This document shows positions 34,351-42,923 of a DNA stretch of 46,835 bases, in pieces. Source of the stretch: Patescibacteria group bacterium (GTDB lineage: Bacteria; Patescibacteriota; Minisyncoccia; UBA6257; 02-FULL-45-10c); contig JAGWKK010000001.1 in the NCBI GenBank assembly GCA_028865335.1, forward strand, positions 1-46,835, in the 5' to 3' direction. The position numbers and the translations under genes were made by a program. How positions within the stretch are numbered: the stretch's first letter is position 1; each line of letters opens with the position of its first letter. The notes below the pieces were generated by a model. The model saw only the letters and a list, made by a program, of their open reading frames with translations, searched no databases and was not told the DNA's origin.

Positions 34351-34968
34351 ATGCGACAGTATTTTGGAATCATAGCAATTATCGTTATCGGAGGCATCGC
34401 GGTCTATATGGCGCTGGCCGCCGGTTCTTCCTCCGGCCATCCGGCGCCTTTCAGTTTCGGCTCGGTTAATGTGCAGAATCGGATTGCCAGCACCACTGCA
34501 GCCGCCGGCAAGCTGTTGACGGATCAGGCATCCACGACGATGCAGCACGTTACCCAGCAGGTGAATGATGCGGTAGGAACCGTGGTGAATGATGCGCAAA
34601 CCGCTGTGACGAACGCGATCAAGGATGCAGTCGCCCAGAAGCTGACGCAGGTCGCCCAGAGCATCAGTCCTTCGGCTCCGGCCGAAACAGGATCCCCGGT
34701 ATCGGCGACAACCGCCGCTCCGGACCCGGTTTCGATTGCGGTTCACTCAGGCACCTTCGCATTCTTCACGATCAAGAACGCTGAGTCGGTTGATGAATCG
34801 TATGTGATCGACTGGAAGGATGGAACTGCGGAGAAGGGAACAATCGCAGCGGGCACTACCAAGACCGTTTCGCATTCCTGGAATACCGCCGGTGAATATC
34901 CGATCTCGTTCACATTGACCTCCTCAAAAGGAACCACGCAAAACACCGTAACCATTTCCATATTATAA
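34351..34968 (+). CDS. membrane-anchored protein with a C-terminal PKD-like Ig domain (205 aa)
   Basis: Trimmed from ORF 34147, which would overlap the small minus-strand gene. TM helix FGIIAIIVIGGIAVYMALAA. C-terminus YVIDWKDGT...TVSHSWNTAGEYPISFTLTS is PKD-like. Confidence 0.6.
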   Translation: MRQYFGIIAIIVIGGIAVYMALAAGSSSGHPAPFSFGSVNVQNRIASTTAAAGKLLTDQASTTMQHVTQQVNDAVGTVVNDAQTAVTNAIKDAVAQKLTQVAQSISPSAPAETGSPVSATTAAPDPVSIAVHSGTFAFFTIKNAESVDESYVIDWKDGTAEKGTIAAGTTKTVSHSWNTAGEYPISFTLTSSKGTTQNTVTISIL

Positions 34969-34970
34969 TC

Positions 34971-36038
34971 ATGCAAAAGCAGGACATCGCGCATCTCGCG
35001 CAGGAAGCGAAAAAATCCATCCAATCCGCGAAGACCGCGGCTGAATTGGAGGCCTTGCGCGTGCGGTTCATCGGCCGGAAGGATGGTGAGGTCACGAAGC
35101 TGATGAAACAGCTGCCGGCGCTGTCGGTGGAGGATCGGCGGACGGTAGGTCCTGCGCTCAATGCGCTGAAGAACGAAGTGGAACAGCTCCTGACTGCGCG
35201 CGTGAAGGATCTCGCCGATGAGGCGGATCGGCGCCAGGCGATCGATGTGACGATGCCGGGCAAGAAAGTGGCGACCGGTCATTTGCATCCGCTGACGCTG
35301 GTGGAACGGGAGATCCGCGACGTGTTCAAGGCGATGAACTTTTCGGTGGTGGAGGGTCCCGAAGTGGAATCCGAACACTATAATTTTGACGCGCTCAATA
35401 TTCCGGCGAATCATCCGGCGCGGGATATGTGGGATACGTTTTGGTTAGCGACAAGTGACAAGCGACAAGCGACAAGTAAGAAAAATAACATGTCCCATGT
35501 CGCTGACCGCCTTTTACTAAGGACGCACACGAGTCCGGTACAGATCCGCTATATGGAACAGCACCAGCCGCCGTTTCAGATCGTGGTTCCGGGACGCGTG
35601 TTCCGGTACGAGGCGACCGACGCTTCCCATGAGATCAATTTCTATCAGGTGGAAGGGCTGATGGTGGGGAAGGATGTGACGCTCGCGAATTTCAAGTTCG
35701 TCATCGGCGAGTTTTTCAAACGGCTGTTCAAAAAGGACGTTTCGATCCGGCTGCGCCCGAGCTATTTCCCGTTCGTGGAACCGGGACTGGACGTGGATGT
35801 GGAGTGCGTGAAATGCGGCGGCAAAGGATGCAATATCTGCAAAGACAGCGGCTGGCTGGAAGTGATGGGCGCCGGCATGGTGCATCCGCATGTGTTCGAA
35901 GCGGCGGGATACGGACCGCATGAATACCAGGGATTCGCGTTCGGACTGGGCCTGGAACGCATTGCCATGATCAAATACAACATTCCCGACATCCGGCTGT
36001 TCTACTCCGGCGATTTGCGGTTCATTAAACAATTCTAA
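34971..36038 (+). CDS. pheS: phenylalanine--tRNA ligase alpha subunit
   Basis: 355 aa. HPARDMWDTFW, LLRTHTSPVQIRYM and class II motif 3 GAGMVHPHV...GFAFGLGLERIAM. Confidence 0.95.
   Translation: MQKQDIAHLAQEAKKSIQSAKTAAELEALRVRFIGRKDGEVTKLMKQLPALSVEDRRTVGPALNALKNEVEQLLTARVKDLADEADRRQAIDVTMPGKKVATGHLHPLTLVEREIRDVFKAMNFSVVEGPEVESEHYNFDALNIPANHPARDMWDTFWLATSDKRQATSKKNNMSHVADRLLLRTHTSPVQIRYMEQHQPPFQIVVPGRVFRYEATDASHEINFYQVEGLMVGKDVTLANFKFVIGEFFKRLFKKDVSIRLRPSYFPFVEPGLDVDVECVKCGGKGCNICKDSGWLEVMGAGMVHPHVFEAAGYGPHEYQGFAFGLGLERIAMIKYNIPDIRLFYSGDLRFIKQF
35450..35477. repeat. heptamer array gacaagt-gacaagc-gacaagc-gacaagt (4 x 7 nt) inside pheS
   Basis: Encodes part of ATSDKRQATSKK in the variable loop between the FWL and LLRTHTS motifs. 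Confidence 0.85.
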
Positions 36039-36340
36039 TCCCACACATAACTTACACTGCTTTCCATTATGTTCCACGTATATTTATTACAATCTTTGAA
36101 GAACAAATCCTTATATGTAGGCTATACTTCCGACTCGGAAAGACGCCTTAAGGAACATAATGGAAACGAGTCCGGCTATACGAAGAAATATAGCCCGTGG
36201 GAATTGGTATATTGTGAAGGATATAAATCGGAAAAAGATGCTCGGGGTCGCGAGCAGAAATTAAAACTGCACGCACAGGGATTGCGAAGGTTGAAAGAAA
36301 GACTTCGCGAGAGCCTTACGGTGTAAGTTATGTGTGGGAT
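36038..36340 (+). mobile_element. 303-bp cassette: GIY-YIG ORF enclosed by perfect 20-bp terminal inverted repeats
   Basis: 36038-36057 atcccacacataacttacac is the exact reverse complement of 36321-36340 gtgtaagttatgtgtgggat. The left repeat starts at the last base of the pheS stop codon. The right repeat ends at the second base of ATG 36339 of the next ORF, overlapping that start codon by 2 nt. Confidence 0.6.
36069..36326 (+). CDS. small stand-alone GIY-YIG nuclease family protein, 85 aa
   Basis: MFHVYLLQSLKNKSLYVGYTSDSERRLKEHNGNESGYTKKYSPWELVYCEGYKSEKDARGREQKLK fits the GIY-YIG/URI pattern. AT-richer than pheS and pheT by eye. Confidence 0.75.
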   Translation: MFHVYLLQSLKNKSLYVGYTSDSERRLKEHNGNESGYTKKYSPWELVYCEGYKSEKDARGREQKLKLHAQGLRRLKERLRESLTV

Positions 36341-36788
36341 GGAAACTCCGGAGAAAAAAATACCGATGCAGGAACATACTGAGTCGGAACACGAAGCTCA
36401 CCTGATTGAGCAGGCGCGGAATGATATGGCCGCTTTACAGGAGAAATCCCTTCATGCGATTGATGAAAAGAAAACAACGAAAGAAGAGCCGTTGCTTCTG
36501 TATCATCTCGACCGCATCCGTTTGGATACCGTTGATGCCGCCCTGGCTCATCTTTACGATCTCGCGAAGAATGCGACCGGGGAAGTTGCGTACAGAATCT
36601 TTATGAACGACCTTAAGAATTACCGCTTGAGTAAACTTGCGGGAAGGACTGAAGGGGCAACGAGAAGCGAGACTACTGATGAAGAAAAATCAATCGGAGC
36701 CATTCTTGATTATCTGAGCAATCTCGGGGCGGGGATCATAGCCCGGACATACGCGCAAGAAGACGCCGAAAAAGCAAAAAAGAACTAA
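36339..36788 (+). CDS. hypothetical acidic protein (149 aa) between pheS and pheT
   Basis: Open frame with no recognisable family. The start is uncertain (36339 or ATG 36366). Confidence 0.45.
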   Translation: METPEKKIPMQEHTESEHEAHLIEQARNDMAALQEKSLHAIDEKKTTKEEPLLLYHLDRIRLDTVDAALAHLYDLAKNATGEVAYRIFMNDLKNYRLSKLAGRTEGATRSETTDEEKSIGAILDYLSNLGAGIIARTYAQEDAEKAKKN

Positions 36789-36791
36789 CCT

Positions 36792-38759
36792 ATGAAATTC
36801 AGTTTTTCACTCATCAAACGGATAGCTCCCGGATCGTACGGGAAGGAGGAATTGGTGGAGCGGCTGAACCTGCATTCCTTTGAGGCGGTTGATCTGGGCG
36901 GCGACGTGCTGGAAATCGCGGTGACGCCGAACCGGTTCGCCGATGCGGCATCGCATATCGGTATCGCGCGCGAAGCGGCGGCGATTTTCAACCTGCCGTT
37001 TTCCGATCCTGCCGAGAAAGCCCCGAAGTATGCCTATCGCGACCAGGGCGTGTTCCGCGTGAATATCAAAAACAGCAAGCTGTGCCGGCGCTATATGGCG
37101 GCATATGTGGACGGCGTATCGGTGAAGAAGACGCCGGAGTGGATGAAGGGCGTTCTGGAGTCCTGCGGCCTCCGTTCCATCAACGCGGTGGTGGATATCA
37201 TGAACTACGTCATGCTGGAAGTCGGACAGCCGCTCCATGCGTTCGATGCCGAGAAGGTGAGCGGCGGACTGACGGTCCGGAACGCGAAGAAAGGGGAGAA
37301 GATCGAAACAATCGACAATCAGAAATTCACGCTTGATTCTGACGTGCTGGTGATCGCTGATGCCGATAAGCCGCTCGCCATTGCCGGTATCAAAGGAGGA
37401 AAATCAAGCGAAGTCACGCTGGGGACGAAGCACCTGCTGGTTGAGGCGGCGCATTTTGACAGTACGCATATCTATGCGACGTCGCGCCGGCTGGGATTGC
37501 AGACGGACGCTTCCGCGCGCTTTGCGCATGCATTGAGTCCGGCGCTCGTGGAACGCGGCATGAACCGCGCACTGCAGCTGCTGCAGGAGATCGTCGGAGC
37601 GAAGGCGCACCGGCCGGCGGATGACTATCCGCGGCCGCAGTCCAAGGAAATCCTGCCGTTCTCGGCGACCGCGATGCAGCGGCTTCTCGGAGAACATGTC
37701 ACGGCCGACGGCGCTGCGCGCCTGCTGAAGAAACTGGGGTTCGCAATCCGCGGAAAGAAGATCGAGGTGCCCCTGGTCCGTACGGACGTCAGCGACGTCG
37801 AGGACATCGCGGAGGAAGTCGCCCGTATGAAGGGGTATGCCGCATTGACCGCGCAGCCGCCGCACGTGGCGCTGGGGGTCGCGTCCGAAGACGAACTCAT
37901 AGAATTCAAGGATCAGATCCGTGATTTTCTGACCGGTGTCGGTTACAGCGAAACATACAATTACTCACTCGTCGCCGAATCCGACTGCAGCCGCTCGCCG
38001 GCCATCATCCGGAGCCGCGACGGAAAAGTGATCCATCTCGCGAATCCGATGAGCGCCGAGATCGCCGTGCTCCGCGACAGTCTGGCGGCAGGCCTGGTGA
38101 AAAATCTCAAGAGCAACAAACGCTTCTTTGACGCGGTCCGCGTATTTGAAATCGGCCACGTGTTCCAGGAACTGCAGGGGAAGGTGTCCGAAAAGACGGT
38201 TCTCGGCATGGCGATCGCCGCGCCGGAGGGCTTCTTTGAAGTGAAAGGGATTGTGGATATGCTGCTGAAGCGCCTGGGGGTGACGGATTATACATTGGCA
38301 CCGTTTGATAATGCCGACGGCTATCTGAAGCCGCTTGGCGCGCTGACCATCGAAATCGGCAGGAAATCCGTCGGATATATCGGATCGCTGGCATCGCTGG
38401 AAGGCGGACTGATGGAATTGGACCTTGGGATGCTGCTTGCGGAGACCGACGAAGAGCGCGAATACGCGCCGATCGCGAAGTATCCGGCGATTGAACGCGA
38501 CCTGTCGTTCTTAGTGGACCAGAGCGTCCGCGTCGGCGAGATTCTGGCGCTGATGCAGGGTGCAGGCGTTCATCTGGTTGAAGATGTCGACCTGGTGGAC
38601 TGGTATCAGGATGAAAAACTGGGCGACCACATGAAGAGTCTGACGTTTAGGATCGTGTTCCGCGCCGATGACCGGACGCTGACAGATGCGGAAGTGGACA
38701 AGGAAATGGCGGCGATCACGAAGGCGGTTGTCGACAAATTTGATGTCGAATTGAGGTAA
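36792..38759 (+). CDS. pheT: phenylalanine--tRNA ligase beta subunit (short form)
   Basis: 655 aa with B3/4, B5 and FDX-ACB-like C-terminal regions (…DLSFLVD…SLTFRIVFRADDRTLTDAEV). Confidence 0.9.
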   Translation: MKFSFSLIKRIAPGSYGKEELVERLNLHSFEAVDLGGDVLEIAVTPNRFADAASHIGIAREAAAIFNLPFSDPAEKAPKYAYRDQGVFRVNIKNSKLCRRYMAAYVDGVSVKKTPEWMKGVLESCGLRSINAVVDIMNYVMLEVGQPLHAFDAEKVSGGLTVRNAKKGEKIETIDNQKFTLDSDVLVIADADKPLAIAGIKGGKSSEVTLGTKHLLVEAAHFDSTHIYATSRRLGLQTDASARFAHALSPALVERGMNRALQLLQEIVGAKAHRPADDYPRPQSKEILPFSATAMQRLLGEHVTADGAARLLKKLGFAIRGKKIEVPLVRTDVSDVEDIAEEVARMKGYAALTAQPPHVALGVASEDELIEFKDQIRDFLTGVGYSETYNYSLVAESDCSRSPAIIRSRDGKVIHLANPMSAEIAVLRDSLAAGLVKNLKSNKRFFDAVRVFEIGHVFQELQGKVSEKTVLGMAIAAPEGFFEVKGIVDMLLKRLGVTDYTLAPFDNADGYLKPLGALTIEIGRKSVGYIGSLASLEGGLMELDLGMLLAETDEEREYAPIAKYPAIERDLSFLVDQSVRVGEILALMQGAGVHLVEDVDLVDWYQDEKLGDHMKSLTFRIVFRADDRTLTDAEVDKEMAAITKAVVDKFDVELR

Positions 38760-38907
38760 AAATGACCCTGAAAAACCGTCCACAGGAGGCGGTTTTTTTG
38801 TTTGCGTTGAGGTGCTGTTTTTGCTATACTGATAGGGTACAAAAAGAGGGAAAAGGCGTGGCCTTTTTTAGGTTGAGGCGCATAATCTTACTTATTTTTT
38901 TATCACC

Positions 38908-40887
38908 ATGGCAAAAGAAAAAGAGGAACAGAAGTCATCATATTCGGCGAAAGATATTTACGTATTGGAAGGGTTGGATCCGGTCCGCAAGCGTCCGGGC
39001 ATGTACATCGGTACGACCGATTCCGCGGGTTTGCACCACCTGATCTGGGAAGTCGTGGACAACTCCATCGATGAAGCGATGGGCGGTTACGCGCATAATA
39101 TCCGCGTGGATCTGTTGCCGGGCAATAAAGTGAGCGTGACTGACGACGGCCGCGGTATTCCGGTGGAAACGCACAAGCAGACCAAGAAATCGGCATTGGA
39201 AACGGTTCTGACGACGCTGCACGCCGGCGGTAAGTTCGGCGGCGGTTCGTACAAGGTATCCGGTGGTCTGCACGGCGTCGGTGTTTCCGTGGTCAACGCG
39301 CTTTCCGAATGGGTGGAAGTGCAGGTTTCACGCGACGGATATGTCTGGGTCCAGGAGTACAAGCGCGGAAAGCCGCAGTACAAGGTGAAGAAGACGACGA
39401 AGACGGATCGCACGGGCACGAAGGTCTCGTTTCTTCCGGATGCGGAGATCTTCGCCAAGATCGAATGGGATCTGAAGCGCATCGTGGATCATTTGCGCCA
39501 GCAGGCGTTTCTGACCAAGGGCGTGAAGATCGAGATCGTCGATCAGCGTAAATTGCCGGCCGCATACCAGGGATTCTATTTCGACGGCGGGCTGCTTTCA
39601 TTCATCAAATATGTGACGCGCGGCGAAAAGCTGATCCAGGATGATCCGTTCTATGTCCACAAAGAACTGGACGAGATCGAAGCCGAAGTTTCCTTCCTGT
39701 ACAACGAAGACATCGAAACGCGCGAGCTGAGTTTCGCGAACAATATCTATACGCCTGACGGCGGCATGCACCTGACCGGTTTCCGTTCCGCCCTGACGCG
39801 TACGCTGAACGACTATGCAAGCGGTGAGGGGTATATCAAAGGGAAAGATGAGAATCTGACCGGTGATGACGTCCGGGAAGGATTGACGGCGATCGTGTCG
39901 GTCCGTTTGCGCGAACCGCAATTCGAAGGCCAGACCAAGGCGCGTCTCGGCAATCCGCCTGCGCGTACCGCGGTGGAATCGATCGTGGGCGAAGCCATGA
40001 AGGATTGGCTGGAGCGGCATCCTGCAGACGCGCGGCATATCATCGAGAAGTGTCTGTTGGCCGTGAAGGCGCGCAAGGCCGCAAAGGCGGCGAAGGATAC
40101 GATCCTCCGCAAAGGTGTGTTGGAAGGACTGACCTTGCCGGGGAAGCTCGCCGACTGCAGTTCCCGCAATCCGGAGGAATCGGAACTTTTCATCGTTGAG
40201 GGAGACAGTGCAGGCGGCAGCGCGAAACAGGGACGCGATCGCCGGACGCAGGCCATTCTTCCGCTCAAGGGGAAGATTCTGAACGTGGAAAAGTCCCGCA
40301 TCGACAAGATGCTGGTGAACAAGGAAATCAAGGCGCTGGTGGTCGCATTGGGAACCGCGATCGCGGATTCATTCTCGCTTGAAAATCTGCGGTATCACAA
40401 GATCGTGATCATGACCGATGCCGATGTGGACGGCGCGCATATCCGGACGCTGCTACTGACGCTTTTCTACCGCTACTTCCAGCCGCTGATCACAAACGGC
40501 TACGTCTATATCGCGCAGCCGCCGCTGTATAAGGTGCAGCGCGGGAAGGAATTCCGCTATGTGTTCAGCGACGCGGAAAAGGAAGCGGCCGTGAAGGCGC
40601 TTTCCAAGGGCGGAGCGGTCGTTGAGGCGGCTGAGGAAGGGGATGAAAAGACAGCCGAGAAGAAATCCGGCGTAAGCATCCAGCGCTATAAGGGTCTCGG
40701 TGAAATGAATCCCGAACAGCTCTGGGAAACGACCATGAATCCGGCATATCGCGTCCTGAAACAGGTCACGGTGGATGATGCGGTCGCGGCGGACAAACTG
40801 TTCGATGTCCTGATGGGATCGGAAGTGGAACCGCGCAAGAACTTCATCCAGGCGCGTGCGCAGTATGTGAAAAACCTGGATATCTAG
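38908..40887 (+). CDS. gyrB: DNA gyrase subunit B
   Basis: 659 aa. GLDPVRKRPGMYIG, GHKL ATPase, Toprim EGDSAGGSAKQGRDR, PLKGKILNVE, and C-terminal QRYKGLGEMNPEQLWETTMNP. Confidence 0.95.
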   Translation: MAKEKEEQKSSYSAKDIYVLEGLDPVRKRPGMYIGTTDSAGLHHLIWEVVDNSIDEAMGGYAHNIRVDLLPGNKVSVTDDGRGIPVETHKQTKKSALETVLTTLHAGGKFGGGSYKVSGGLHGVGVSVVNALSEWVEVQVSRDGYVWVQEYKRGKPQYKVKKTTKTDRTGTKVSFLPDAEIFAKIEWDLKRIVDHLRQQAFLTKGVKIEIVDQRKLPAAYQGFYFDGGLLSFIKYVTRGEKLIQDDPFYVHKELDEIEAEVSFLYNEDIETRELSFANNIYTPDGGMHLTGFRSALTRTLNDYASGEGYIKGKDENLTGDDVREGLTAIVSVRLREPQFEGQTKARLGNPPARTAVESIVGEAMKDWLERHPADARHIIEKCLLAVKARKAAKAAKDTILRKGVLEGLTLPGKLADCSSRNPEESELFIVEGDSAGGSAKQGRDRRTQAILPLKGKILNVEKSRIDKMLVNKEIKALVVALGTAIADSFSLENLRYHKIVIMTDADVDGAHIRTLLLTLFYRYFQPLITNGYVYIAQPPLYKVQRGKEFRYVFSDAEKEAAVKALSKGGAVVEAAEEGDEKTAEKKSGVSIQRYKGLGEMNPEQLWETTMNPAYRVLKQVTVDDAVAADKLFDVLMGSEVEPRKNFIQARAQYVKNLDI

Positions 40888-40903
40888 GGCAGTGCGGAAG
40901 TGA

Positions 40904-40932
40904 TTGACAGGGGTAAATTAATCGTATATACT
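40904..40932 (+). promoter_or_regulatory. consensus promoter of secE-nusG, 7 nt before the secE ATG
   Basis: TTGACA (40904-09), 17-nt spacer, TATACT (40927-32), ATG at 40940. Confidence 0.65.
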
Positions 40933-40939
40933 ATAAACC

Positions 40940-41128
40940 ATGTTTGAGAAACTCAATTCATTTTTACAGGAATCGCGTCAGGAGCTTTCGCACGTGAACT
41001 GGCCGACGCGCCAGGAGACCGTACGGCTGACAATCGTGGTAATCATCATTTCGCTGGCGATTGCCGCGCTTTTGGGCGCTTTTGACGGTCTTTTTTCGTA
41101 TCTCTTAAAATTAGTCATCCTGCGATAA
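40940..41128 (+). CDS. secE: preprotein translocase subunit SecE
   Basis: 62 aa. ESRQELSHVNWPTRQETVRLTIVVIIISLAIAALLG. Located immediately upstream of nusG. Confidence 0.85.
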   Translation: MFEKLNSFLQESRQELSHVNWPTRQETVRLTIVVIIISLAIAALLGAFDGLFSYLLKLVILR

Positions 41129-41131
41129 CCT

Positions 41132-41719
41132 ATGGCGGACACGAACCATAACAACGAGGAGAAAAAAAAGATGGTGGAAGTCAAGAACAAGGAGCGGCAT
41201 TGGTATGCGGTGCATACCTATTCCGGCTATGAAGACGCGGTTGCGCGATACCTCCGCCAGCGCGTGGATTCACTGTCCATGAACGACAAGATTTTCAATG
41301 TTCTGGTTCCGAAGGAGACGAAAATCAAGATCAAAAACGGCAAACGCCGCACCGCCCAGGAAAAGATCTACCCGGGTTATGTGCTGGTGGATATGATGCT
41401 GACGGAAGATTCCTGGTATGTCGTGCGCAATACGCCGCGCGTGACCGGATTCGTCGGTCCTGACTCGACCACTCCGGTACCGCTTTCCACGGAAGAGATC
41501 GACATGCTGATGGCGCGCATGGGCACCGGCGAGGAAAAGAAATTCAAGGTGGATGTTGCGGTGGGCGATATGGTCAAGGTCATCGACGGTCCGTTCAAGG
41601 ACTACGATGCGAAAGTTTCCGAAGTGGACAACGAAAAGGCGAAAGTGAAGGTGCTGGTGCCGATCTTCGGCCGTGACACTGTCGTGGAGCTCGATTCGTT
41701 GCAAATTCAGAAGATGTAG
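41132..41719 (+). CDS. nusG: transcription termination/antitermination factor NusG
   Basis: 195 aa. NGN domain WYAVHTYSGYE and KOW motif GDMVKVIDGPFKDYDAKV. Confidence 0.95.
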   Translation: MADTNHNNEEKKKMVEVKNKERHWYAVHTYSGYEDAVARYLRQRVDSLSMNDKIFNVLVPKETKIKIKNGKRRTAQEKIYPGYVLVDMMLTEDSWYVVRNTPRVTGFVGPDSTTPVPLSTEEIDMLMARMGTGEEKKFKVDVAVGDMVKVIDGPFKDYDAKVSEVDNEKAKVKVLVPIFGRDTVVELDSLQIQKM

Positions 41720-41728
41720 GATACCATA

Positions 41729-41800
41729 ATACGAACGGATAAAATCATACGAACACCACAAACAAGCCTCTTTGTTCGTAGTGTTCGTGTCAGTTCGTAT
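41729..41800 (+). promoter_or_regulatory. structured rplK leader built from acgaac/gttcgt repeats
   Basis: The outer stem is atacgaacgg (41729-38) with cagttcgtat (41791-800), 9 of 10 paired. The inner stem is atacgaacac (41747-56) with gtgttcgtgt (41781-90). The tip is aacaa/ttgtt. Confidence 0.45.
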
Positions 41801-41823
41801 ATTCGTATTAGCATATAAAACAT

Positions 41824-42249
41824 ATGGCAAAACCAATCAAAACAGTACTCAAATTGCAGATTGAAGCGGGGAAGGCGAATCCGGCTCCGCCGATCGGTCC
41901 GGCGCTCGGTCAGCATGGCGTGAACATCCAGGACTTCTGCAAGAAGTTCAATGACGCGACCAAAGACATGATCGGCGACGTCGTTCCGGCGGAAATCACC
42001 ATTTACGAGGACCGCAGTTTCGATTTCAAACTCAAAACCCCTCCGGCATCGGCATTGCTCAAGAAAGCGGCCGGCATCGAAAAGGGAGCGGCTGATCCGC
42101 TGAAGCAGAAAGTCGGGAAGGTGACGAAGGCCGACCTGCGCGCGATCGCCGAGAAGAAGATGGTTGACCTGAATGCCTATGATGTGGACGCGGCGATGAA
42201 GATCATTGCCGGCACCGCGCGGAACATGGGTATCGAAGTGACCGACTAA
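41824..42249 (+). CDS. rplK: 50S ribosomal protein L11
   Basis: 141 aa. [34 protein letters not shown]. Confidence 0.95.
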   Translation: MAKPIKTVLKLQIEAGKANPAPPIGPALGQHGVNIQDFCKKFNDATKDMIGDVVPAEITIYEDRSFDFKLKTPPASALLKKAAGIEKGAADPLKQKVGKVTKADLRAIAEKKMVDLNAYDVDAAMKIIAGTARNMGIEVTD

Positions 42250-42253
42250 CGAA

Positions 42254-42276
42254 GCGCCCCTCACGGGGCGTTTTTG
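42254..42276 (+). terminator. rho-independent terminator directly after rplK
   Basis: cgcccc-tcac-ggggcg followed by ttttt. Confidence 0.75.
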
Positions 42277-42287
42277 GTTGCGCGAAA

Positions 42288-42316
42288 TTGACGCGGAGGA
42301 GCGTGTCGCCTATACT
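42288..42316 (+). promoter_or_regulatory. sigma70-type promoter of 42353..42832
   Basis: TTGACG (42288-93), 17-nt spacer, TATACT (42311-16). Confidence 0.6.
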
Positions 42317-42352
42317 TAATATCGGAACTTCGTATAAATGGAGGGGGCATAC

Positions 42353-42832
42353 ATGGAAGACTCGAGGATGTGGATTCTTTTGGGGACGGCGCGAGTGCAC
42401 GCCGAGACGCTGAAGCGCTATCTGCAGAAGGCACATTATTGGATCGCGTACGACCGTAAGACCGCCCAGCTGTCTCTGTGGGCGAACCATGGCGATGGAG
42501 GAGGAGTCATCCTGGAAGCCGATCAGGTTCCGTTCGAGACGGCGGAGAGATTCGCCAAAGAACTGGGCCTGTATCAGAAAATATCCGATGGTTGGTCGAA
42601 ATGGAACCCGTCGGTGCGGCTCTATTCCGATGGCAGCCGGGATGCGCTGGAGCTCAAGAGAACGATCCTTGAGCTTGGAATTCCGCTGAATTTCCATGAA
42701 GGGGCAGCGCAGTGGGAATTCAGCGATGGTCATTTCGCATATCATCCACCTACGTGGACTAAGAATAAGGTCGTGGAAATTATCCGCGAGATCGCCCTTC
42801 GGTATCAGAAAGATCTGTCCACGCTTCCGTAG
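42353..42832 (+). CDS. hypothetical protein (159 aa), orphan cassette C7, where rplA would normally sit
   Basis: SD ggaggggg 5 nt before ATG 42353. The ATG at 42338 is embedded in the SD. Own promoter, and a terminator at 42840-42863 (aacggctc-acc-gagccgtt tttt). Confidence 0.55.
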   Translation: MEDSRMWILLGTARVHAETLKRYLQKAHYWIAYDRKTAQLSLWANHGDGGGVILEADQVPFETAERFAKELGLYQKISDGWSKWNPSVRLYSDGSRDALELKRTILELGIPLNFHEGAAQWEFSDGHFAYHPPTWTKNKVVEIIREIALRYQKDLSTLP

Positions 42833-42923
42833 TGGAGAGAACGGCTCACCGAGCCGTTTTTTATTTGCGAAGACCGGGAATAATGCGATACACTTATGCG
42901 AAGACATTAATCTCTGAGAAATC

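Noticed and set aside
38760-38907. Attenuator or riboswitch upstream of gyrB
   Set aside because: A TTGCGT-17-TATACT promoter and a small aaaaggc-gtg-gcctttttt hairpin are visible. I could not find alternative pairings or a conserved motif, so this is too weak to report as a finding.
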